Below, piece after piece: positions 1 to 10,600 of a stretch of 64,000 nucleotides of DNA (position 1 is its first letter; the number at the start of each line of letters is the position of its first letter). The notes under the pieces were generated by a model that was not told the origin of the DNA, ran no database searches, and saw nothing but the letters and a program-made list of their open reading frames with translations. The stretch lies in NCBI GenBank assembly GCA_965205975.1, contig OZ242195.1:1408001-1472000 (forward strand), given 5' to 3'. A program made the position numbers and the translations under genes. This DNA is from Candidatus Latescibacterota bacterium. Lineage in GTDB: Bacteria > Latescibacterota > UBA2968.

Positions 1-723
1 TTTAATGTGTATTACGGTGAGGGGCGCGATCGATACGATGTGCGAGGGCGGGTTGTACACGAGTCCATTTTTAATGTTACTGACGGCAATTACCGCTGCC
101 CGAGTACACAGCAGGGGTATTCACCGTTTTCGACATGGACCCGGGGGTTGGCCTGGATTGTGACTGGCTATGCAGAACTACTCGAATATGTGGCGCACTT
201 GTCGGATGACGCACTTGATCTTTATGGCGGTAGGGATGCGGTTAATGGCTGGATGCTCAAGGCGGCCTGTGCAACGGCAGATTATTATATCGATAGTATC
301 ACTTCTGCCGATGGCATTCCATTTTGGGATGCAGGCGCGCCGGGCTTGGTTGAAGGCTATGGGGATAAAATATCAGATCCTTACAATAACTGTGAGCCCG
401 TGGATAGTTCTGCAGCTGCCATTGCCGCGCAAGGGCTTTACCGTTTGGGCAAATATCTGGACGATGCGCGTTATCGGCAGGCTGCATTAACCGTTGCTCA
501 TACGCTATTTGATGCGCCCTATTTGTCCCAGGATGAAGAACACCAGGGTCTTATTCTGCATTCTATTTATCACAATCCCAATGGGTGGGACTATGTGCCG
601 AGTGGACAAAAAGTCGCATGCGGCGAGTCTTCTATGTGGGGAGATTACCACGCGATGGAATTGGCGGTTTTGCTCCAGCGAGAGATGGAGAACGCGTCAT
701 ATCTGACTTTTTTTGATCAATAG
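1..723 (+). CDS. Glycoside hydrolase family 88 (unsaturated glucuronyl hydrolase-like), 5'-partial
   Basis: Frame open from window edge; motifs TQQGY..STWTRGLAW, PVDSSAAAIAA and SSMWGDYH are typical of GH88. Confidence 0.85.
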   Translation, partial: FNVYYGEGRDRYDVRGRVVHESIFNVTDGNYRCPSTQQGYSPFSTWTRGLAWIVTGYAELLEYVAHLSDDALDLYGGRDAVNGWMLKAACATADYYIDSITSADGIPFWDAGAPGLVEGYGDKISDPYNNCEPVDSSAAAIAAQGLYRLGKYLDDARYRQAALTVAHTLFDAPYLSQDEEHQGLILHSIYHNPNGWDYVPSGQKVACGESSMWGDYHAMELAVLLQREMENASYLTFFDQ

Positions 724-736
724 GAGTAGGGGGAGA

Positions 737-1537
737 ATGTGGCGAATATTAAATAAAAGAACTTCAGCATATACATGGATAATCGGCCTTTTTTTTGTTG
801 GCTTCACGTCTCAAAGTGAAGCCGATTCCTTCGATTATGCACCGCTTAACCGCGTGCTCGGCCGGGTTGTAAATGCACAGGGACGTGTGGATTACGAGGC
901 CGCAAAAACAGATGCGGATCTGCAGGCTTTTGTAGATCAACTCGCACGGATCAGTCCGGATACGCATCCCGAACTTTTTCCCGGCCGCGCAGATAGTCTC
1001 GCCTTTTGGATCAACGCGTACAATGCCTGTGTACTTGCAGGGGTCGCAAAAGCCTATCCCATTTCTTCTGTCACTGAAATCGCGCCTGCTTTTGGCTTTT
1101 TTAAGAAATATCTGTTTGTCGTTGGCGGGCGTCGGTTCACATTGGATCACATCGAGCACGAGATTATTCGCAAGCAGTTTGCCGATCCGCGCATTCACGC
1201 AGCAATCAATTGTGCGGCGGTGAGTTGTCCGCGTTTGCTAAATAAAGCATTTACGCCCGATGAATTGGATGATCAGCTCAATTCGGTTATGCGAGACATG
1301 ATTCGCAACCCCATGCACGTTCAGATTAACCGGGAGACAGGAGTTGTGAGTCTATCTGCAATTTTTGATTGGTTTGCCTCGGATTTCACATCCTATGTGC
1401 AAGCGCGTGAGGTCGGCGAGACGGTGTTGGATTATGTCTCTCTGTTTTTATCGAAAAACGATATCCAGTATTTGCAAAATCACCCCGATCTTCAAATTGT
1501 ATTTTTAGATTACGATTGGTCTCTGAATAACCAGTAA
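737..1537 (+). CDS. DUF547 domain secreted protein
   Basis: LAFWINAYNA, DPRIHAAINCAAVSCPRL, SAIFDWF and YDWSLN motifs; N-terminal signal-like stretch; purine-rich RBS before ATG 737. Confidence 0.9.
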   Translation: MWRILNKRTSAYTWIIGLFFVGFTSQSEADSFDYAPLNRVLGRVVNAQGRVDYEAAKTDADLQAFVDQLARISPDTHPELFPGRADSLAFWINAYNACVLAGVAKAYPISSVTEIAPAFGFFKKYLFVVGGRRFTLDHIEHEIIRKQFADPRIHAAINCAAVSCPRLLNKAFTPDELDDQLNSVMRDMIRNPMHVQINRETGVVSLSAIFDWFASDFTSYVQAREVGETVLDYVSLFLSKNDIQYLQNHPDLQIVFLDYDWSLNNQ

Positions 1538-1539
1538 AA

Positions 1540-3228
1540 ATGAGTATCTCAAATATGCAAATGTCTTTGGGCGCATACCAGTCCGCCGTTGATCGCGCTT
1601 TGAAAATGTGGTCAGAAAATGGCAATACAGGACGGCTGTGGCGCGGCGATGCCACACTCTGGTCGGGGGCTGATGAGGCCAACTGGTTGGGATGGCTCAA
1701 TATCGCGCCTCAAATACGCGATCAGGTGGATGACCTGTGCGCTTTTGCACAGCAGGTACGCGATAGAGGGATAACGGATATTCTGCTTTTGGGCATGGGC
1801 GGTAGCAGTTTGTGCCCCGAAGTGCTGGCGATGACTTTTGGCTGTCGGGAGGATTGGCCCAGGTTGCATGTGCTGGATTCTACTATTCCCGCGCAGGTAC
1901 AGCGGTTTGCCGATGCCGTAAATTTAGAAACGACCCTTTGCGTTGTCGCCAGCAAATCTGGAACGACAACCGAACCCCACGCATTTTGCGAGTTCTTCTG
2001 GGCAAAAATGCAGGGAACCATTGGCGATACAGCGGGTCAGCATTTTATAGCTATTACAGATCCGGGTTCTGATCTGGAAACGCTTGCCAGAGAGCGGGGC
2101 TTTCTATCTGTTTTTTATGGTTTGCCAGAGATCGGCGGTAGATTTTCAGCACTCTCAAACTTTGGGATGGTGCCCGCGGCATTGATCGGCATTGATGTGC
2201 GGGAATTTTTACAACGCGCAATAGCGATGGGCGAGCAGTGCAAAATATCAGATGACCAGAATCCCGGTCTTTTTCTGGGCCTTGTGTTGGGGACGTTGGC
2301 AAAAGCCGGGCGAGATAAAGTGACGCTTGTAACTTCTCCCAAATTGTGGGATTTGGGGGCGTGGTTGGAGCAACTATTAGCCGAAAGCACTGGGAAAAAT
2401 GGCCGGGGTCTCATACCTGTTGATTTAGAGGAGATTGCGGCGCCCGATTTGTACGGCGAGGATCGGGTGTTCGTCTATATCCGACTGAAGGACGATGCGA
2501 ATGCTGAACGGGATGCAGGTATAGAAAATCTGCGAGCGGCTAATTTCCCAGTTATTCAGATCGATGTGTTAGAACTGTTAGACCTGGGAGCAGAATTTTT
2601 CCGGTGGGAATACGCTACCGCGGTCGCTGGCGCTGTTTTGAATATCAATCCCTTTGACCAACCCAATGTGCAGGAGAGCAAAAATTTTACGGCGGAATTG
2701 ACACAGGCTTATGAAAAAGAGGGCACATTACCCATTCAAAAGCCGTTTTTTATTAATGATGGCGTCGCGGTTTACGCCGATTTAGCCAATGCACAGGCGT
2801 TGGGAACACTCAATAGTTGTATTGCTGGGCTACTCAATCAGATTCGAGCAGGCGATTATGTCGCACTGTGTGCTTATGTCGATATGAATGAAGAGAATAT
2901 CACCGCTTTACAGGCTCTGAGGCATCGAATACGCAATGTATATCTGGTGGCTACTACATTGGGGTTTGGTCCGCGGTTTTTGCATTCTACGGGACAGTTG
3001 CACAAGGGAGGACCAAATAATGTGGTGGTTGTGCAACTGACAAGCGACGATGTGACAGATGTAGATATTCCGGGACGAGCGTTCTCTTTTGGCGTGCTCA
3101 AGCAAGCACAGGCGCTGGGCGATGCCCGTGCGCTTTCGAGTCGAAAGAGACGGGCGATTCGCATTCATTTTAAAAAAGATGTAATTGCTGGCATACATCG
3201 GGTGAAGCAAGCGGTTAGAGAGGATTGA
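1540..3228 (+). CDS. pgi: Glucose-6-phosphate isomerase (PGI half of the Tal/Pgi bifunctional family)
   Basis: GMGGSSL, SKSGTTTE, IGGRFSALS, EQLLAESTGK, NPFDQPNVQESK and HSTGQLHKGGP motifs; no transaldolase domain. Confidence 0.85.
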   Translation: MSISNMQMSLGAYQSAVDRALKMWSENGNTGRLWRGDATLWSGADEANWLGWLNIAPQIRDQVDDLCAFAQQVRDRGITDILLLGMGGSSLCPEVLAMTFGCREDWPRLHVLDSTIPAQVQRFADAVNLETTLCVVASKSGTTTEPHAFCEFFWAKMQGTIGDTAGQHFIAITDPGSDLETLARERGFLSVFYGLPEIGGRFSALSNFGMVPAALIGIDVREFLQRAIAMGEQCKISDDQNPGLFLGLVLGTLAKAGRDKVTLVTSPKLWDLGAWLEQLLAESTGKNGRGLIPVDLEEIAAPDLYGEDRVFVYIRLKDDANAERDAGIENLRAANFPVIQIDVLELLDLGAEFFRWEYATAVAGAVLNINPFDQPNVQESKNFTAELTQAYEKEGTLPIQKPFFINDGVAVYADLANAQALGTLNSCIAGLLNQIRAGDYVALCAYVDMNEENITALQALRHRIRNVYLVATTLGFGPRFLHSTGQLHKGGPNNVVVVQLTSDDVTDVDIPGRAFSFGVLKQAQALGDARALSSRKRRAIRIHFKKDVIAGIHRVKQAVRED

Positions 3229-3230
3229 AT

Positions 3231-4229
3231 ATGGCACTGGCAGCAATGGATTTGATGCAAATTGTGGGCGACGATCACAAGACCGATTTTGCGAGCAAAC
3301 TTCGCGATGAACAATTGGAACTCACGCGCAACCGATTGGATATTTTGCAGGTCAATGTCGGCAAGTTGTGCAATCAAGCCTGTCACCACTGCCATGTGGA
3401 TGCCAGCCCGATCCGCACAGAGATCATGACCCGAGAGACGATTGACCATATTCTATTATTTTTGGAAACATCCAATATCCAGACGGTTGACATAACGGGT
3501 GGCGCACCTGAGTTAATTCCAGATTTTCGCTATTTTGTCGAACAAATACGCGAGCGGGACCGTCGCGTGATGGTGCGTTGCAATTTAACCGTGATCTTTG
3601 AACCCGGGCAAGAAGACTTACCTGAGTTTTATCGCGAACACGAAGTTGAATTGGTGTGTTCGCTGCCGTGTTATCTCGAAGAAAATGTGGATGAACAACG
3701 CGGGCGCGGTGTTTTTACAAAAAGCATACGGGCATTGCAGATTCTCAATGAAATTGGATATGCACAACCTGACACGGGATTGGAACTCCATCTGGTATAT
3801 AATCCCGTTGGCGCGTCTTTACCCCCTCCGCAGGCCGAACTCGAATCCGATTACAAAGAAGAGCTAAGAGCACGTTACAACATCGATTTTAATAAGCTCT
3901 ACACCATTGCCAATATGCCCATTAGCCGGTTTGAAGAATTTCTCAAACGCCGGGGCATTTACGACAGCTATATGCAGACTTTGCGGGATAATTTTAATCC
4001 GCATACGGTCGATAATTTGATGTGTCGTTCTCTAATTAGCGTTGGGTGGCAGGGCGAGGTTTACGATTGTGATTTTAACCAAATGCTCGATATGCATTCT
4101 TTTGGGCGCGAAGTCAAACTCTGGGAACTGACTTTTGAAGATCTGATCGGATGCGATGTGCGGGTGCGAGACCACTGCTTTGGATGCACTGCAGGTGCGG
4201 GAAGCAGTTGCGGGGGAGAGCTTGTTTAG
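3231..4229 (+). CDS. arsS: Arsenosugar biosynthesis radical SAM protein ArsS-like (DUF3641)
   Basis: CNQACHHC radical SAM motif, LMCRSLISV, YDCDFNQML, C-terminal HCFGCTAGAGSSCGG. Confidence 0.85.
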   Translation: MALAAMDLMQIVGDDHKTDFASKLRDEQLELTRNRLDILQVNVGKLCNQACHHCHVDASPIRTEIMTRETIDHILLFLETSNIQTVDITGGAPELIPDFRYFVEQIRERDRRVMVRCNLTVIFEPGQEDLPEFYREHEVELVCSLPCYLEENVDEQRGRGVFTKSIRALQILNEIGYAQPDTGLELHLVYNPVGASLPPPQAELESDYKEELRARYNIDFNKLYTIANMPISRFEEFLKRRGIYDSYMQTLRDNFNPHTVDNLMCRSLISVGWQGEVYDCDFNQMLDMHSFGREVKLWELTFEDLIGCDVRVRDHCFGCTAGAGSSCGGELV

Positions 4230-4286
4230 CCTTTAGCAAGACGGCAGGGTATTGTGCCTACAAAAATAGGACTTGCCCTCTCTAAC

Positions 4287-4322
4287 GGGCAGTTTTTCGC
4301 CCGTTGGGACGAAAAACTGCCC
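4287..4322. repeat. Perfect 13-bp inverted repeat GGGCAGTTTTTCG-N10-CGAAAAACTGCCC (enhancer site or terminator)
   Basis: Read directly; lies between the arsS stop and the sigma-54 promoter. Confidence 0.7.
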
Positions 4323-4357
4323 TAAAAACATAAATACTTAATAATAAGTAACATACG

Positions 4358-4428
4358 AGCCAGACGAATGTATCTGGGGGCGATGTATTGTCTCTTGATA
4401 TAAAATTCAGTCTGGCTTTTGTTTTTTT
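4358..4428 (+). terminator. Long imperfect hairpin plus T-run, probable terminator of the arsS operon
   Basis: AGCCAGAC...GTCTGGCT stem with inner GAAT/ATTC pairing, followed by TTTGTTTTTTT. Confidence 0.5.
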
Positions 4429-4492
4429 ATAATTATTTTATCCTTTTTAAAAATAATACTTTATGAGCATAATTTGAGCTAATAACCCAGAG

Positions 4493-4508
4493 TGGCACAT
4501 TTTTTGCT
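4493..4508 (+). promoter_or_regulatory. Sigma-54 (-24/-12) promoter of the giant autotransporter gene
   Basis: TGGCACATTTTTTGCT matches TGGCAC-N5-TTGCW with exact GG-N10-GC spacing, in an AT-rich intergenic region. Confidence 0.8.
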
Positions 4509-4678
4509 TATGTATTGTTTCAGCTAATCTGATCAATTGGTAATACCGCAATAACGCCAAGCGGTTTAAGTATTGATTTGCGAATCAAAGCATGTGTATG
4601 AAATGGAACAAGGATATATCCTGAAAAAATCTCTCGCTCGTTCCAAAGGGATGCGGGAAAACACATTCAGTATTACGA

Positions 4679-7600
4679 ATGCACAATTCCATGAACATAA
4701 ATAACACAATGAAAATAAATAACACAATCATATTAGCTGCAATGATGATGCTCATCCTGGTGCCTGATCGTGCCCTGGGCCAGCCTACGGTGTCCATTAC
4801 AGCTTCAGAAACTTCAGTAACTGAGGGAGATGAATTCTCGTTAAATATACTAAAACCTCTAAATGCAGAGTCTATTACGGTTTATGTGGAAATAACAGTT
4901 CAGGGGGACTTTGTCGATGATTTGCCTTCAAATACCACTGTAACTGCAAATATACTAGAAGGGCAATCGGCATTCATGCTCACATATCAAACCGACGACG
5001 ATGATTTGGCTGAGGATGATGGCTCAATAACCGCGACTATTATCGCGAATAGTGCTTATACCATCAACCCCAATAATTCCTCCGTCACCGTCACGATATC
5101 AAACAACGACACCCCTACGATACGTTTAGAAAAGACTTACGCCACGAATAGACAGTTTGGAAAGGATGAATTTCCCCTTTATGAAGGAAATTGGATTGCT
5201 TTCGAGTTTTCTCGAAATACCCTTGGGGTAAATGACGAAGGAAGGAGGCTACTCGTATCTCTGAATATAACCTATTTAGACGGGAACACGGAAAGCCAGT
5301 ACATAATTTTCCAGCCCGATAGCAGGTCCAGATCCTTTTATGTGAAGCTGACAGAAGACAACACAATTCGGGATGCCACTGCCCGAGATTATATCCGGCT
5401 ACAGTTTTTCCAACCCGAACTTACCGAAGGCTACTCGCTGGAACCATCAAACGGCATAGTCGATGTGAAGATTCAGGATGACGATGTCGTGGTGTCTATT
5501 AGCCCAGAGGATTCGGAACTCACCACAGTCACGGAGGGAGAGACGAGCACTTACACGATCATTCCGTCGCTGGATGGTCAGGTGACGCATCCACTAACAG
5601 TGAAGTGGCAGGCGACAAGTGGTGGGGAACGGTTGAGAGCGACAGAAGGGACATTTGAGTTCCAAACAAATAATCAGAACCCGCCCCAAATTGTTCTTTC
5701 TCTGCTGGATGATGCTATTCTCAAGGATCACAGTACAGTGACTGTGGAAATCGTAGAGGAGACGGAGGAGGCACGCCGGGGCTACCGCACAGGAACATCT
5801 TCTTCTGTCTCGTTTCAAGTTCGGGATGACGATTTGCCAGTTGTACAAATACTGGGTCTGGGTCAGTATCCTGCGGGACCCGTTCCAGAAGGGGGACCTT
5901 ACCGGCTCCGCTTCATCCGCGCAGCGAATCCAATTACGGACCCGCTGACAGTCTATGTCAGCGTGACCGGCGGGGAGAGTTTTTACCCGCAGCCACGAAC
6001 CGCCTATATTATTGGCTCAGATGAGGAACAGGCAGACTATGTAATCCTAATCGAAGAAGACGATGTCGATGAGCCAGACGGCGAGATAACTATAACCATC
6101 CAGCCCAACGAAAACTATGAGATACACAGGAATAACAAAACAGTCACCTTTACAATTAATGACAATGACACGCGGGGTGTGGTGGTGACACCGACTTCTC
6201 TGGCGATGGATGAAGGTGAGGACGCGACATACACAGTGGTTCTCGAGTCGGAACCAACAGCAGATGTGACTGTGACAGTGACGGCGAGCGGAGATGCGAC
6301 GGTGAATCCTGCATCCCTGACGTTCACCGCGTTAAATTGGAACCAGGTACAGACTGTGACGGTAAGCGCGCCAGAGGACGCGGACACGAAAGATGGTTCT
6401 GCGACGATTAGCCACACGGTAGCAGGTGGGGACTACGATGGCGAGACAGCAGATGACGTGGCGGTAATGGTGACGGATAATGATAAGCCGATAGTAACGA
6501 TAGAGGCAGTTCCCGATCCGCCGCAAAAATTTGAGGGGCAAAGTGTGGAATACAGGCTCAGGCGTAGCCGTAATACGAGTGAGCCTCTGACGGTGGCGAT
6601 CAGCATAAGCGAAGATGGAAAAGTGCTTGATAATCGCTACGAACGCACCTGGGATGTGGTGTTTGAAGCTGGACAGGAAACCCTCACGTTCCGGTTGCTC
6701 ACGACTAACGACGATGATGATGAATCCGCAAGTACAGTAAGTGCCGAGATTCTGGAAAGAGAGGAATATGCAGTTGGTACGCCGAACTCGGCGGAAATAT
6801 TGGTAATTGGGCAGGATCTGATCCTGATTTATTCGCTTGTGGAACCTGAGCCTGTAGTTGAAGGGGGCACGTTGCGTATCGAGGTGACAGCGGTAACGAA
6901 AGTAGATGTGATGCCGACACGCCATTACGTCGCATCAATCGTATCCCGTTCTCGGACAGCGAAGTCGGGAAGAGATTATCGTCCGGTTAGTGAGCATTTG
7001 ATATTTAGACATACCGATTTTACAGCGGTCACTATAAATGGTGAACAGCGTTACCAGAGTACTGTGTATTTAGACACAGAAATTTTCGAAGATAATTATG
7101 CGGAAGATTCAGAGATATTTATTCTTATTTTACATCTTGCACCTGACCTTGAGCATGAAATTGATCGAGCAGAGGTGACGGTAACGATTACAGACAACGA
7201 CCCGGAGCCGGAACTGGCTGTGGAAGTATCACCTGCGGAGATAGCGGAGGACGAGGGCAAAGCGGGAGTGATTGTTAGCATAACCAACGGAAGTCTCTAT
7301 ACGGAGAGGCGTACATTCACGCTGGAATTGGGAGGAACAGCGACTAAAGGAACAGACTACCGAGTTGAGTCAGAGCACCTGGAGCTACCAGAGGGAGAAT
7401 CCCAGGTCGGGACGATATTAACGACGGTGGACGACGCAATAGGCGAAGGGAACGAGATCATTGAGGTGCAGGTCCGCCATGATGGCAATGTGGTTGACGA
7501 ATTGAGGCGTGTTACGATTGTTGACGACGATGATCGCAGGGTGGAAATCAGGCCGACTCAACTGGCGGTGCGAGAAGGCGAGAGCGGAACATACACAGTG

Positions 7601-10600
7601 GTTCTCGAGTCGGAACCAACAGCAGATGTGACTGTGACAGTGACGGCGAGCGGGGATGCGACGGTGAATCCTGCATCCCTGACGTTCACCGCGTTAAATT
7701 GGGACCAGGTACAGACTGTGACGGTGACGACAGATCACGACATAGATGCCCAGGACGAATCTGCAACAATTCGCCACACAGTGACCAGTAGCGGGAGTTA
7801 CAGCGGCGTGACAGCCGATGATGTAACGGTAACGGTCACAGACGACGAGGCGGCCTCGACTGAGATCGCATTGCGCGTATCACCTGCGTCCATCCCAGAA
7901 GGTGATGGACAGGTAGTAACCGTGACAGCTACATTGAATCATGCCGCGCTAACATCTGCGGCGACCGTGACCGTAAGTGTGGCAGCAGGCACGGCGACAA
8001 GTGCCGACTTTGGTGCGGTGAACAACTTCACTGTGACGATACCTGCGAATATGCCGAGCGGAACGGGAACCTTCACGCTGACGCCGGTAAACGACGACCT
8101 GGATGAAGATGACGAGACAGTGACAGTGAGCGGGACGACGACGACCGCAGGGCTGACCGTGAATGGGACCACTGTGACCATCACCGATGACGATACGCGC
8201 GGAGTAGAGATAAGTCCGACCTCTTTGACGATAGCAGAAGGCGGGAGTGGGACATATACCCTGGTATTGGAATCGCAGCCGACTGCTGAAGTAAGGGTAG
8301 TGGTAGGAGGCAGGAGAGGGGAGATCAGTCTGGGTGGCTCTCCGCTGACATTTACGACAGACAATTGGCATATCGCACAGACCGTGACGGTGAATGCAGG
8401 GCAGGATGACGATGCGGTAAATGATGCGGCAACGCTCATCAATGTTGTCAGCAGCAGTGGAGACTACAACGGTGTGACAACAGATGATGTGGCAGTAATC
8501 GTCACCGATGACGATACGCGCGGAGTAGAGATAAGTCCGACCTCTTTGACGATAGCAGAAGGCGGGAGTGGGACATATACCGTGGTATTGGAATCGCAAC
8601 CGACCGATGCAGTAACTGTGACAGTGGGAGGTGCGTCTGGCGATGTGAGTGTGAGTGGCTCTCCGCTGACATTTACGACGGGCAATTGGAATATCGCACA
8701 GACCGTGACGGTGAATGCAGGGCAAGACGATGATGCGGTAAATGATGCTGTAACGCTCAGAAACACTGTGAGCAGTGGGGGGGGCTACGACGGTGAGACA
8801 GCAGATGATGTAATGGTGAGAGTCACAGACGACGAGAAGGGCGCCGAGCCGGGTATCTCACTGAGCGTAGCACCTGAGATAGTAAGCGAAGATGGTGGCG
8901 GGCAAACCATAAACGTAATAGCGACCTTTAGTCTGCCAACGACGAGAGACGGACGTACTGTGGGGCAAAGGAATACGCCTGAAGAGGTCGTGAGGGTACG
9001 TGTGACTGCTGGCACGGCGACAAGTGCTGACTTCAATGCCGTGTCCAGCTTTGATATAACAATACCTTCGGGTATGACGAGTGGGAGAGGAAGCTTCAGG
9101 CTAATGCCGGTGGATGATGAAATTGACGAAACTAACGAGACCATTATCGTGAGAGGGACATCGAGTATAACGAACCTGATCGTGCGCCAGGCCAACGTGA
9201 CCATTACCGATAATGATGAACGCGGAATAGACGTCACACCGACCTCTTTGACGATAGCAGAAGGCGAGAGTAAAACATATACCCTGGTATTGAAATCTCA
9301 ACCAACCGATGCAGTAAGGGTGGTGGTAGGAGGCGCATTTGGAGAGATTCGCGTGCGTGGTTCTCCGCTGACATTTACGACAGACAATTGGCATATCGCA
9401 CAGACCGTGACTGTGGATGCAGGGCAGGATAACGATGCGGTAAATGATGTTGCAACGCTCATCAATGTAGTTAGCAGCAGTGGAGACTATGGCGGAGAGA
9501 TAGCCGACAATGTGACGGTGACTGTCGAGGACGATGATATAGCTTCGACAGAGATTGCATTGGGCGTATCACCTGCAAGTTTTGCAGAAGGCGATGGTGA
9601 TCAGACAGTAACCGTGACAGCCACACTGAATCATGCTGCGCTAAAATCAGACGCGCCAGTGACGGTGAGCGTGGCAGCGGGCACGGCTTCAGATACGGAC
9701 TTTGGTGCCGTGTCTGACTTTGTAGTAATTATCCCTGCGGGTATGACGAGCGGGACGGAAACCTTCACACTGAGCCCTGTGGATGATGATGTGGACGAGC
9801 CAGATGAGACCTTGACGGTGAGTGGAACAACCACGGGACTGAGGGTGACGACAACGACCGTGACGATTGAGGACGACGACCTGCCTCTGGTTTCTTTTGT
9901 CTCCGACTCCCAGGACCCTTTTACCGAAGGCGAGACCATTGATTTAACTCTGAGACGTAACGGAGATATCAGCGTGCCGCTGACTGTGTCCGTCAATGTG
10001 ACTGAGGCTCCAATAGCCCTCAGATTTATGACCGATGTGTTGAGTAGCAGTGATGAAGGCGAGCGAGATATCCTATTTTCCGCCGGGACTTCAACGGCGT
10101 CGTTTAGCTTGCCCACAACTGATGACAATGTACACGAGGCGCCAAGCAGGGTGACAGTCGAAATCCAAAGTGGTAGCGACTATAGTCCTGGCGACCCCCA
10201 AACAAGAGAGTTTAGAGTAAATGACAACGACCTGGTACTGATCTATTCGATGCAGCAAGATGTGTCGTTTGACGAAGATGCGGGAACCGTGGAAATTGAG
10301 ATAACCGCTATAACGGACCAAAACACAATGCCGAATTTTTCCTATCCGATGAGGTTTGAGCACAGAGATCAGACAGCGCGTGCTGCACGTGATTATAGAC
10401 CGGTGAATGATCTGAAAACTTTTCCGCACGACGAATACATGGCTGTTGAGATAGGCGGCGAGACGCGCTACAGCCTGACAAAACAGTTTGATGTGACAAT
10501 CACCGATGATGACCTCGCGGAGGAAACCGAGACTTTTCAGGTCATTATGCGCCCTGTGTTTTTTGTTGAAGACGAGCAGCTCGATCTGTCGCTTGACAGA

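Noticed and set aside
3231..4229. Selenocysteine in ArsS
   Set aside because: No in-frame TGA; the ORF ends at TAG after the usual C-terminal motif.
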